From: Octopus sinensis
Taxonomy: Eukaryota
Direction: 5' to 3'
NCBI RefSeq assembly: GCF_006345805.1
Contig: NC_043003.1
Coordinates: forward strand, 25,544,001 to 25,608,000
Length of the DNA stretch: 64,000 nucleotides
Shown: positions 12,342 to 23,576 of the stretch, piece after piece
Position numbering within the stretch: the first letter of the stretch is position 1
Layout: each line of letters begins with the position of its first letter
The notes under the pieces: generated by a model
What the model was told of the DNA's origin: nothing
What the model saw: the letters and a program-made list of their open reading frames with translations, nothing else
Databases searched by the model: none
Made by a program: the position numbers and the translations under genes

Positions 12342-12475
12342 TCGCGCATGCGTACCGAACAACAGTGGCGGGGGTGTTTGACTGTCGGTGTGGACGGAAG
12401 CGGTGGGGTGGTGGGGACGGCGACGGTGGACGTGAACAGTGTCACGTGACTGACCAGTACAGTAGCCATTGGTGC
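12316..12475 (-). promoter_or_regulatory. CpG-rich housekeeping-type promoter of LARP1
   Basis: GTCACGTGAC 12441-12450, CCAAT (ATTGG 12468-12472), CGGAAG ETS-like 12395-12400, GC-box-like 12367-12373, NRF1-like CGCGCATGCG 12343-12352, YY1-like AATGGCGAC 12316-12324; most GC-rich stretch near the gene. Confidence 0.6.
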
Positions 12476-12477
12476 AG

Positions 12478-13165
12478 GAGAAAGAGAGAAAGACAGACAG
12501 ACAGAGAGAGAGAGATGAAAGGTGAATAGAAAGAGGTTTAGAGATAGATAGAAAGGCAGAGACCGAGGGAAAAGAAGAGGAAATTTAAGGAATTAGAAAA
12601 AGAAACCCGAAGATAGGTAAATCGATGGGGGAAAAAAATGTAGTAGGGAGAGGTGTAAACGCAGAAAACGTCTATAGTGTGATAGAGAGGGACGTAAACT
12701 TAGATTGTGAACAACTGAGAGGGTAATTGCTAGAAAGAAGCAAAGTAACCAGAGAGAAAAGGATATAGTAAAACACTAATAACGAAATATACAATGAGAG
12801 GGAGTGAAACAAAGTGAGAGCGGGAGAGAGAGAGAGAGAAAGACAAAGTAAGCGGGAAGGAGGAGGAGGAAATTACTGAAAGAATCGTTAGTGAGGAAGA
12901 AATGCAGAGAAAGAAGGGAAAAGACAGACTCTGAAGAGGAGTACATTTAGAGGAACGACGGACAAACGCCAAATGTGACAGGATTGGAAATAGGACAAAT
13001 ATATATTTAATAGATAGATAGATAGTTAGAGAGAAACAGGACGGTAGAGAAGGTATCTGTGGATCCTAAAACAAAAGAAAAGCAGTTGTACCAGAATATG
13101 AAGATAAGAAAATTAAATGAGAAGTCAAATGAAGCAATAGAAAAAAAGAAACAATAAGGAATTAG
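12478..13165. repeat. Purine-rich (GA) low-complexity tract
   Basis: Strong plus-strand A/G bias with (GA)n and (GATA)n runs. Confidence 0.7.
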
Positions 13166-13799
13166 AGGGGGGACTGTGTGTGTGTGTGAAATAGTGAGCG
13201 ATATACATAGCTAGTTAGAAGAGAAAAAGGAAGACTTAGTGTGAAAGAATTAGTTGTTTTGTAGCTGTTGTTAATTTCTTAAGCACTGTTTGACTACCAT
13301 AAGTTAATAGTAGAGGAATAAGAAGTGTGAAAATTTACCGTGTAGCACGTATATGGTTTGTTTCTTTTACTTATAATTGCATCATTTGCTTGGATGTGTA
13401 GGGAGAGGTCGGACAGTTTCTAGTTTGGGCGAAAACTAATAGCTGCTTATCAATTAACAATTTAATATAATGGTATACATATATAGAAGCGTAATTGCAG
13501 GCATCTCGTTAGATCTCAGGACAATACACCTAATTAAATATGCATCAGTTCACCTATCAGCGGGGAATGCTATCTACAGTGTACTGGTGTCCTATCCAGG
13601 GTGCGTAGAGGTGATCAGCTCGCATCCACTTACAAAATACAGAGGTGGTAACAGCTTTATGAGTTCATGGAGATATTTATCATTTCATTTGATTTTATTC
13701 TCAAAATTTATCTTGTACGAGGAAGAAAAACTGGCATGTGTTTCATTGACCTCAATGAAAGGACATAAAATGCGAATTTGACTCTTTGAAGTTGAATTC

Positions 13800-14090
13800 T
13801 GAAACGTGCGAGAGACAAACAGGAGACCGTGTACTAGCTTTTATCTTTTACAAGACTCAATCTGGCTCTTTTTGTTGAACTGCTAAGTTATGGTGACATA
13901 AATAAACCAACGCCAGTTGTCAAGCAGTGGGGTAACAGACACAAAGATGCACACATATGTGACAGAATTCTTTCCATTATCGTCTACCAAATCTCACAAA
14001 GCTTTGGTTGGTCTGAGGCTACAGTGCCGTGTTGTGGGACTAAATCTCAAACTATGTAGTTGGGAAACAAACTGCTTGCAACACAGTCAT
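13800..14090 (-). mobile_element. Decayed CORE-type SINE, family A
   Basis: ctcttttgttgaactgctaagttatgg...ttgtcaagc...caaagctttggttgg blocks match the family A reverse complement. Confidence 0.5.
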
Positions 14091-14411
14091 AGGATCATCA
14101 CCTTTTTACAATTCTAGATCACTGAAAAGATTGCTCAATATGTCCCAGCCATTCTTCACCAGTCCTTTTAAGTGCCAGTATGAATTTAGACGCTGACAAT
14201 AGATTTTACTTTACATATAGATAAACAGGAAAGAAACTCATAAGGATTTTGTGTTGTCTATTTATATAGAAAGCAATACTAGAAATCCAATTTCATTCCC
14301 TATCCTTTGCAAACTTTGGTTCCCATAGCTCTTTCTCTATTAAGAACTAAATTAATGTTTGTAACTGCTTTGGAGCCTAAAACACTACCCTGTTCTTCAA
14401 AGATTTCAGGC

Positions 14412-15017
14412 CGATGGTTTTTGAAACATTTTTTACCATGGAACCCTTTGATTCCTCTTTTACTCAGATGGACCCCCATAGCCATTCAATGTTTAAAAAG
14501 CCTTACTTTTTTTCTAATACTCTTTACTTGTTTCAGTCATATGACTGCGGCCATGCTGGAGCACAGCATTTAGTCGAGCAAATCGACCCCAAGACTTATT
14601 CTATCGGTTTCTTTTGCCAAACCACTAGGTTACGAGGACATAAACACACCAGTTGTCAAGCGATGTTGTGGGGACAAACACAGACACACATACATACATA
14701 TATATATATATACATATGTACGACAGGCTTCTTTCAGTTTTTGTCTACCAAATCCACTCACAAGGCTTTGGTTGGCCCGAGGCTATAGTAGAAGACACTT
14801 GCCCAAGGTGCCACGCAATGGGACTGAACCCGGAACCATGTGGTTGGTAAGCAAGCTACTTACCACAGAGCCACTCCTATGCCTAATATTTAATATTATT
14901 AGGAATTGTATAAAAAAATATTGTTAGAATATTTTGTGTATTCTAGAAATATAAGCAATTTATTGCAGATAAATTTGAACCAGAAAATTTTATATGGACC
15001 TCAGTTGAGAACCACTG
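14412..15017. mobile_element. hAT-type MITE carrying a nested SINE
   Basis: Right terminus GTTGAGAACCACTG (15004-15017), degenerate left terminus cgatggtttttgaaac; flanking 8-mers tttcaggc/atttagac (5/8 match); internal sequence matches the oppositely oriented copy at 36192-37263. Confidence 0.6.
14520..14882 (-). mobile_element. CORE-type SINE, family A, near full length
   Basis: tRNA-like head with A/B-box-like TGGCTCTGTGG and GGTTCAGTCCC, ccttgggcaagtgtc core, internal microsatellite, aagtaaaga tail. Confidence 0.85.
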
Positions 15018-15343
15018 ATTTAGACCAACTCATCAATCTCTCAACTAGAAGACCTGCACAAGTTATGGAAACTCTTTCTTCTTTCTCTTCAGATTGCTTT
15101 CTTTGAATATTAAAAAAAATCTATTCCTGATACTTTTTTTTAACCCTTTAGCATTTAAACCAGCCATATTAGGCCCAAATATTCTATCTGTATTATGTTC
15201 AAACTGCTCAGATCTAGCCTCTCCATACCTCCTCTACAATGTCATTCCAAAAATAAACAATCACATCATTGAAATCTTAATTCTATGAGATAATGCATGA
15301 TAAATTCAAAACAATGTGAATAAATAAGCATTACATGTGACAG

Positions 15344-16172
15344 AGAGTGAAGGCATGTGGCTAAGCGGTCAGGGTATTCAGCTTACAGGTGTAAAGTTGT
15401 GAGTTCAATTCCTGGTAGTGTGTTGTATCTTTGAGCAAGACATTTTATTTCTTGTTGCTACAGTCCACTCAGCTGGAAAAATTGAGCACTACCTGTATTT
15501 CAAAGGGTGAGCCTTGTCACATTCTGTGTCATGCTGAATCTGCTTGAGAACTACATTAAGAATCAATGACGAAAGGCTGAGCCCTCTAAGATATGCTGTG
15601 ACTGTGAAGACCTGACAATTGAAGTGAGTTCATGGTTTGCAGGACGGCCTGCTGTTTTAACCTTGGATCATAGGGTGACCTGCTGTGCTTGAGGAGACCT
15701 ATTGAGTCAAGTTCATCAACATCAAAATAAAAATCAAATGGAATTTTAGTTGTGATACCGTGCCGGTGGCATTTAAAAAGCACCATCTGAACGCGGCCGA
15801 TGCCAGTGCCACCTGACTGGCATCTGTGTCGGTGACACATCAAAAGCACCAACTGCCAGCCTTCTCTGGCCCCTGTGCCGGTGGCACATAAAAAGCACCC
15901 ACTACACTCACGGAGTGGTTGGTGTTAGGAAGGGCATCCAGCTGCAGAAACACTGCCAGATCAGACTGGAGCCTGGCACAGCCTCCTGGCTTCCCAGACC
16001 CCGGTCGAGCCATCCAACCCATGCTAGCATGGAAAACGGACGTTAAACGATGATGATGTCTGTGGAGTGCTCAGCCACTTATGCATTAATTTCATGAGCA
16101 GACTGTTCTGTTGATTGGATCTATTGGAACCCTCATCATCGTAACCGATAGAGTGCCAGTTATTTAGTTAGT
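15344..16172 (+). mobile_element. tRNA-derived SINE, family D (Meta/V-like central domain)
   Basis: Head tggctaagcgg...gagttcaattcc, domain tttgagcaagacatt...cagtccactcagctg; about 11-bp TSD-like acatgtgacag/acatatgacag; interrupted by an RTE 3' fragment. The domain name is from memory. Confidence 0.6.
15565..16058 (+). mobile_element. 5'-truncated RTE LINE (end of ORF plus 3' UTR, subfamily 2)
   Basis: gatatgctgtgactgtgaagacc ORF end, hairpin-array UTR, CCATGCTAGCATGG and (GAT)n tail. Confidence 0.8.
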
Positions 16173-17579
16173 ACATATGACAGTAATCTGAATGCTAAAG
16201 AGTTAATGGTTTTTGGTAAAGAAGAACAAGTGCTGTCTTGAAGTTTGCAGTCCCTTGGAAACTAACGATATTGACGTAGTTGAGGTTTAGCTTTTAAGAG
16301 CTGTAAAACATGAGTAAGAATGGAATTTTACTTGGTTGGGACAAGGAAAAAGGATCGGACAAAATTGTGGGGAGAAAATTTTAGGAGGTAAGACTGTCAG
16401 TCTAATATATCACTGTGAGCACTCTAATGTTTTCACAGTGAACATACCAACCACTGCGAACATTTGGTAAAGAGTACCCTTAAAAGAACTGTATAGGTTG
16501 GCAGATTAACAATCATCTGGTTCCGGGGTGCCTTTAGCAAAGCTCAATCTGTTGCAAGCATTTGAACCAGGCACTTTCTGATTCCTTCTCTTCTACTTTT
16601 TTCTGCAGGCATTAAATCACATTTGTTCAGACTTGGTACCAGTTTAGTAGGGTCTGTAAATATCATGAAAATTACTTCTGCTCTGATTCACTTACAGCAA
16701 ATTTGTTTTTTTTTCCTGAGTGATAGGATTGAGGTGATTTATATTCAACTTAAACTTCTGCAAACCAATTCTTGTGGATAAAATGTAGACAGGAAGGGTA
16801 TTCCAAAGGATTGGAAGAAGGGGAAGGATAAGAAAAAGTGGGAAGTGACAGGCTTGCAATGGGCAGTACAGAATATATGACAAGGATATGTTGGGTGATC
16901 TTGAGTGAAAATGGAATGCAACTATTTATAGCTCTGAGGAGTGAAGGTCATTATAATGTGGTAGAAGAAGTAGAATGAGGAGACAAGATGTCTGTGGGCA
17001 ATGGACTGTGGAGTATATTGGTGTGGGAGTCCCTTACCAATTATCAGAATGGCATTCTTTTGGTTGTGGCTAAAGATGTTTTCACATGTAACAGCAGCAT
17101 TGTCCCAGATATGAGAGATATATTTCATTGATATATTGATTGAACGATGCTACATTGATTTTATCTTATTTCTGTAATGATTTTGATTGATTAAACACTA
17201 ATTACATTTTCAATAATAGCTGAGTTGGCTAAGTCAGTAGGGTACTCAGCAACAAGAGATCAGAGGTTCATTTAACTTTCAAATAACCCCAGCTCACCTA
17301 GCGGTCTATGTATTTACTAATTCATTATTCATACTGTTTAGTACTCTTGCAATTATACTTTGGTTGTCAATTCATTTACCATTATGTAAATGAATTGTGC
17401 CTAGGCATATGTTTATATTTTAATAAGTAAAATGGTTTACTGGTATTTTATCATATTTGGAGGCAGATGTGAGTGAGCCTGTTAAACTGTAAAGGAAAAA
17501 AACCAGTCAGTTTTAACCTCATCTGAAGCTGCCATAAAGGCCCTCATTGTCCTTTTTTATGGTAGAACTAATACATATA

Positions 17580-17962
17580 AATAGAAGTTTTCCAAGCCAT
17601 GTGGTTTGAGGTTCAGTCCCACTGCATGGCACTTAGGGCAAGTGTCTTCTACTAAATGCCAGGGTTGATCAAAGTAAGTGGGTTTGATGGATGGAAACTG
17701 AAAAAAAGCCTGTCACATGTATAAATATATGCATATATGTGTGTTGTGTGTCTCCTCTTACAAGGGATGTCCTTCATTTCTGATCTGCAAAACCATGTCT
17801 GGCCATTGAGAAATAGTACCTTGCTTGGAAACAGATGAGGGTTGGCAACAAGTAGGGCATCTAGCAACAGAAAATCACCACAATGAATTTTGTCAGACCC
17901 GTGCAGGTGTTGAAAAGTAGATGCTAAAACAATGGTGATAATGTTGTTGTTGATGATGATGA
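17580..17962 (+). mobile_element. CORE-type SINE, family B
   Basis: Family A head and core followed by gtctggccattgagaaatagtaccttgcttggaaacag...gggcatc...(GAT)n tail. Confidence 0.7.
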
Positions 17963-17963
17963 T

Positions 17964-18063
17964 AGGCATAGGAGTGGCTGTGTGGTAAGTAGCTTGCGTA
18001 CCAACCAAAGCCTTGTGTGTGGATTTGGTAGATGGAAACTGAAAGAAGCCTGTTGTACATATG

Positions 18064-18150
<87 letters not shown>

Positions 18151-18365
18151 GTGTGTGTGTCTGTGTTTGTCCCCCTAATATCACTTGGTAACCGATGCTG
18201 GTGTGTTTAGGACCCCGTAACTTAGTGGTTCAGCAAAAGAGATCCATAGAATAAGTACTAGGCTTACAAAGAATAAGTCCTAGGGTCAATTTGCTTGACT
18301 AAAGGCGGTGCTCCTGCATGGCCGCAGTCAAATGAATGAAACAAGTAAAAGAGTAAAGAGAGAGT
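17964..18365 (+). mobile_element. CORE-type SINE, family A, with internal deletion
   Basis: ggagtggctgtgtggtaagtagc head joined via ACCAA microhomology to accaaagccttg; (TA)n/(CA)n centre; aaagagtaaag tail. Confidence 0.8.
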
Positions 18366-18934
18366 ATGTGAATGCCAGAAACACTAGACCAGATGTTACA
18401 AAACATCTATTTTAACTCAGTTGTCTGTTTGTTATTGTTATCTCCACAATATTGTACAGTATCTAACTATCATAGTGTTAGCTACAAAACTTTGCTATTG
18501 CTGCCCCCACAACAGTTATTGATATTACCCCTTTATACATGCTGAGTTGAAATCCCACTGAGCTCAAATTTTACCTTCCATCTTTCTAGGATTCATTGAA
18601 TAATGCAGCAGAAAATCCTGGGTTTGAGTTTATCAGATATATAAACTCGCTCAAGATTTGCGACATTGTGCCAATGACATAAATCAATATTATGATGATT
18701 ACTATAACTATAACTAATACTTACTGTTTCTAGTTCACTTCAATCACTATCACTACAACCAATGCAACCCCCACCATCATTATCACCATCACCTCCACTA
18801 CCACCACTATCGCCGTAGAAGCAAAAGCAATAGTGCACAGATCTCAAAAAGACAAAAGTGCATCTGGTGGCATGAGGAAAAACTCACATGAACCAACTAA
18901 AAATAAATAAATAAATAGTAATAATAATGATATT

Positions 18935-19994
18935 ATTTTTAAAATAAAATATGGTCCGTTGTCTTCTGCTGAACTGGGGTCATCTCATCTCTTGACCCTA
19001 GGGTCACAGCAGGTCCTCATCTCATGGAGAGTACACGGCGTAAAATGTGTGCAGAACCTAGCAACACTATTTTCTGAAGTTCTCACATGTTAACACTGCA
19101 AAGGAGTTTGTTGAGCTACTTATCAAGGCCCTTTTTAATTAGCCCTCACGCTCCAATCACCACTAGTGCTGTGCTGCTTTTCATTCTCCACATCCTGGTC
19201 ACTTCTATTTCTAGGTCTTTGTACTTAAATAACTTCTCAACTTCTTTAATGGACACATTTCTCTCTGCTGGTACTGTCACATCTATCATTAAGCATTTCT
19301 TATTCCCATCTTTGAGGATTATGTCTGGCCTGTTTGCCTTGATTTCTTTATCGGTGTTGATTGGCATGTCCCAGAGTACTGTTACATCATCTTCTCTGGT
19401 CACAGTTTCAGGTTTATGCTGGTACCATCTTTCTGAAGTTGGAAGCTGGTAGTGTTTACATATCTTCCAATAGATATGTTGTGCTACTCTATTGTGTCTA
19501 TGAATATATTCGGTTTTTGCAAGCGCTGTGCATTCAGTTAAGATGTGGTCCACTGTTTCATCCTGCTCATGATACATTCTGCATTTCGGGTCAGTGCCAT
19601 CGTTCATTATTTTGTTGTGGTAAACCTTGGTTGCCAAGCTTTGATCTTGTGCTATGATAAAACCTTTGGCTTCAGCCTCCAGTCCTGTGCTCTTCATCCA
19701 TACATGAGTGTCTCGTTTTTCTACATCTGGTTTCTTCACTCTACATGGGTATCAGCGATGCATCGGTTTTTCTAGCCATTCTTCTTTGCTCTTCTTCTGG
19801 GCTTGTTTTTTCATCTCTTTCTTAACTCCTTTAGCAAACTGGGTTACTTTCTCACTCGCCTTCATCCTAGGTTCTTCCGTCATCAGTTGTTTCCCAAACT
19901 GTACAGATTCTTTGTATACCGAGTATAGCTTCTTTACTTTATCATGCTGGTGCACAAGCTTCATTAGAGGATCTTCTGACAGCTCAAGATATGC

Positions 19995-19996
<2 letters not shown>
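18935..19996 (-). mobile_element. 5'-truncated R4/Dong-clade (REL endonuclease) non-LTR retrotransposon
   Basis: Zinc knuckle PKCRMYHEQDETVDHILTEC, endonuclease RPDIIL...LMIDVTVP...KYKDL and C-terminus LQKIVLLGSAHILRRVLSM* (stop 19017-19019); frameshifted. Confidence 0.85.
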
Positions 19997-20025
<29 letters not shown>

Positions 20026-20027
<2 letters not shown>

Positions 20028-20255
20028 GGTAGTGAGCTGGCAGAATCGTTAGCACGCCGGGCGAAATGCTTAGTCGTAGTGCATGTCTTCACTTTTTTGG
20101 GTTCAAATGTCGCCAAGGTCGACTTTGCCTTTCAACCTTTTGGGGGTTAATAAACTAAGTACTAGTTACACACTGAGGTCAATGTAATTGACAGGTACCC
20201 TCCCCCCAAATTTCAGGCATTGCGCATGTTGTAGAAAGAACTACTACTACTACTA
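20026..20255 (+). mobile_element. tRNA-derived SINE, family C (Deu/Nin-like domain), tail type 2
   Basis: gagctggcagaatcgttagcacgccgggcgaaatg head, gtcgactttgcctttcaacc domain, cctccccccaaatttc tail, (CTA)n. Confidence 0.75.
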
Positions 20256-20429
20256 CAATAACGACAATAATAATAATTGTGTCTTTATTACTCACAGAGA
20301 CCCATATATACAATATAAAATGTGTCACATAAAAGAAGTTACAAAACATGTAGGGATGTGAACATGTATGCATAATGCATTATGAATGGGGAGCAAGTGG
20401 CTTCTTACTAATCTTGTGTTAAAGGTTGT

Positions 20430-20778
20430 GATCTCTCAGCTTCTCATGCATCATCAGTCGCTTTTGTATGTGGCCCTGGGGAGAAAGTGATTTTGCATCT
20501 ACGAAGCAATTGCCCCAGCTCCCCTTCAGGGTTGGTGAAAGCGATGTGGTGGACAACGAAAAACCTGGCTGGTGACAGTCAAGGCTGATCTGGAACCCAA
20601 CCGAGGCCCCCATATATACAGCGTTCGCTGCCGGAATAAGGAGTGGTTGGAGATCACGCGGTCGTTAGCCTCAAATCACCAGGTCTGGTCGGCGTTTGTG
20701 AGAGATGCAGCATTGAGGCTGAATGAAGCCAATTCAACCCACCCCTGGTGAATGCTGTCTCAAGACAAGAAGACAAAG
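20430..20778 (+). mobile_element. RTE LINE 3' fragment (SR3-like C-terminus)
   Basis: GGQRKTWLVTVKADLEP...EWLEITRSLASNHQVWSAFVRDAALRLNEANSTHPW*, then caagacaagaagacaaag tail. Confidence 0.65.
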
Positions 20779-21561
20779 TGATTTTATTTGCTTCTGTTCT
20801 AGCACTCCTCAAAGTTATGACTGTTAATCCCCTGGAAACATCGGTAATAGCAGCCATGGTCTTTACCTCTGGAACCTTCAGTTCAGGTTGTTGCTGTTTC
20901 TGCTGGTGTCTTCCACCAACTTTTCTTTCTTTTTACTTTTCCATATTCTTTGAAGTAGAATGTTCTCCCTTTTGTGTTACATGTTGTCCACTCCTTCACT
21001 TTTTCCTTCAGTTGGCTCAAATCAAGATGATTCTTTAGCCAGATGAAAGGGTTTTTTTTTTATAGTGGTGTAATTGGTACTATTAATACAATTTTTTACA
21101 TTCAGATGAATGTTTAAAAACCTTTCTTGTGTGTGTGTGTGTGTATGTGTGCATGTGTTCCATTGTACAACTGCATTGTGTTTAAGATTGAAACTTTGTA
21201 TGTTTATTTTTAAAATTTTTTCTTTGTTTTGTTTTTGTTATCAGTTTTTAAATTTCAATTCTGACATTTTTTTCATTTGAAGATAATTTGAGGGCGTGTT
21301 TGTTTACATTAATGAGACTACAACCACCACTACAATGGAGAGCACCTCTTCCTACTACTTCAGAAGCAGTTATCTTGCAATGCTTGAAAATATTGTAGAG
21401 GCTATTTGCCAAAGATGTATAAATTGCTAAAAATGTCTGAAGACAAACCTTTCAATCAAACATTTCAGTCATACTGTAACATCTCTTATCCTTCACTCAC
21501 CCTAGGACACTGGGTGCATTTCAGCGAGTGATTGTAACAAACATTCAGATTAATGTAATTA

Positions 21562-21613
<52 letters not shown>

Positions 21614-21708
21614 CAATAATAATAATGATTTCAAATTTTTGGCACTAGGCCAGCAATTTTGGAGGAGGTGGTAAGTCAATTACATTGAACCCAGTGTTCA
21701 ACTGGTAC
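21562..21708 (-). mobile_element. SINE family C tail (type 2) with long (ATT)n array
   Basis: Reverse complement gtaccagttgaacactggg...cctccaaaattgctggcctagtgccaaaaatttgaaatc(att)n. Confidence 0.65.
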
Positions 21709-21714
21709 ATATAT

Positions 21715-21983
21715 CATCATCATCATCATCGTTTAGTGTCCACTTTCCATGCTAGCATGGGTTGGACGGTTCAACTGGGGTCTGGGAAGCCAGAAGGCTG
21801 CACCAGGCCCAGTCTGATCTGGCAATGTTTCTACGGCTGGATGCCCTTCCTAACGCCAACCACTCCATGAGTGTAGTGGGTTCTTTTTACGTGCCACCGG
21901 CACAGGTGCCAGACGAGACTGGCAAACGGCCACGATCGGATGGTGCTTTTTATGTGCCACCGGCACGGGGGCCAGACGAGGCT
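21715..21983 (-). mobile_element. RTE 3' UTR fragment (subfamily 1) embedded in (TA)n
   Basis: (CAT)n, CCATGCTAGCATGG and two hairpin-array units. Confidence 0.85.
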
Positions 21984-22005
21984 ATATATATATATATATA
22001 TATCA

Positions 22006-22452
22006 ATCATCATCATCATCATCATTTAACATCCTTTGTCCATGCTGGCATGGGCTGGATGGTTTGACCAGGGCTGGCAAGCTAGGGGGTTGCACAAACT
22101 CCAGTCTGATTTGGCATGGTTTCTACAGCTGCATGTCCTTCCTAACACCAACCACTCCAAGAGTGTAATGGGTGCTTTTTACATGCCGGTTATGTGACAC
22201 CAGTGTCAGCCTTTACTACAATTTCACTTGACTTGAGAGGTTTTCTCAAGCACTGCATATCACCAACGATCTCAGTTACTAGTCATTGCCTCTGTGAAGC
22301 CCAAAGTTCAAAGATCATGTTTTACCACCTCATACCATGTCTTCCAGGGTCTACCACTACTACAAGTTCCCTCCACAGATAGAGATCGGCACTTCTTTAC
22401 AAAGCTGTCCTCATTTATTTGCATCACATGACCATACCAGCACAGTCATCTC
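22006..22452 (-). mobile_element. RTE 3' fragment including ORF C-terminus (older subfamily, short UTR)
   Basis: Reverse complement encodes WYGHVMQINEDSFVKKCRSLSVEGTCSSGRPWKTWYEVVKHDL, followed by UTR and (GAT)n. Confidence 0.8.
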
Positions 22453-22484
22453 TCTTGCACACACACACACACACACATGTACAT

Positions 22485-22688
22485 GACAGTGGCATATAAA
22501 AAAGTATCCAGCACACTTGGTCAAATGGTTGGCGTTAAGGAAGGGCATCCAGCCATAAAAACCATGCCACAACAGACAGTTGGAGTCTGGACAGCTCCCA
22601 GCTAGCCAGCTCCATGTCAAACCATCCAACCCATGCCATCATGGGGAGAGGATGCTAAACGATGATGATGATGACGATGATGATGATA
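22485..22688 (+). mobile_element. RTE-tail fragment
   Basis: ggttggcgttaaggaagggcatccagcc...ccatccaacccatgcc...(GAT)n. Confidence 0.7.
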
Positions 22689-22754
22689 CACACACAAGTG
22701 TGAGTGTGTATTTAGGTGTGAGTGTGCATTTAGGCGTAAGTGTGTGTGTGTGTG

Positions 22755-22965
22755 TGTGTCCTTGTCTTCATGATATTGATTGCTTGCAGTCTGGATATTA
22801 GTACTGTTTGAATAACAGAAGGAAAAATGACCTTGTTCAATACCTGGTGAGGGTTGGTGACAGGAAAGGCTCCTAATAGTAGAAAATCTACTTCAAAGGA
22901 TTTCATTTGATCTTTGCTAGAATGGAATAGTGGAGTATAAATCGGTGATGATGAAGATGATGATG

Positions 22966-22970
<5 letters not shown>
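22755..22970 (+). mobile_element. SINE family B 3' part
   Basis: ggtgagggttggtgacaggaaaggc...tagaaaatc...gatctttgctagaatgg...(GAT)n. Confidence 0.55.
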
Positions 22971-23031
<61 letters not shown>

Positions 23032-23037
23032 ATATAT

Positions 23038-23082
<45 letters not shown>

Positions 23083-23123
23083 TATACATATATATACATA
23101 TACATACATATATATATATATCT

Positions 23124-23157
<34 letters not shown>

Positions 23158-23203
23158 ACATATACATATACATACATATATATTATATATATATATATAA
23201 TAT

Positions 23204-23236
<33 letters not shown>

Positions 23237-23270
23237 GTATGTATATGTATATGTATATATATGTATATGC

Positions 23271-23310
<40 letters not shown>

Positions 23311-23444
23311 CATCATCATCTTCATCATCACCGATTTATACTCCACTATTCCATTCTAGCAAAGATCAAATGAAATCCATATATATATATGCATATACAT
23401 ATAAATACATATACATATATATACATATACATATACATACATAT

Positions 23445-23486
<42 letters not shown>

Positions 23487-23491
23487 ATATT

Positions 23492-23522
<31 letters not shown>
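22971..23522. repeat. Long compound (TA)n/(TACA)n microsatellite containing an inverted 73-bp duplicate
   Basis: Direct reading; see the finding at 22898-23378. Confidence 0.9.
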
Positions 23523-23576
23523 TAAGTATAGGAAAGAATGGAGCTGAACGAAGATTTAACAAAATTCCTTTATTTT

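Larger units (their letters stand above)
15144..16202. mobile_element. piggyBac-type MITE (TTAA TSD) interrupted by a SINE
   Basis: TTAA|CCCTTTAGCATT ... AATGCTAAAGAG|TTAA; an uninterrupted 220-bp sister copy is at 36294-36513. Confidence 0.75.

Noticed and set aside
16580-16660. Strong plus-strand acceptor (ttctacttttttctgcag) and a short minus-strand reading frame
   Set aside because: No convincing donor, homology or neighbouring exon.
20780-21040. Minus-strand coding-like sequence with a zinc-knuckle-like CYYRCFQGINSHNFEEC
   Set aside because: Spacing is non-canonical and frames are broken by stops; at most an unidentifiable gag relic.
22730-23456. Long ORFs such as [26 protein letters not shown] here and at 27-28, 34.7-35, 38, 40.5-41, 43, 47.5 and 52 kb
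   Set aside because: They are translations of microsatellites.
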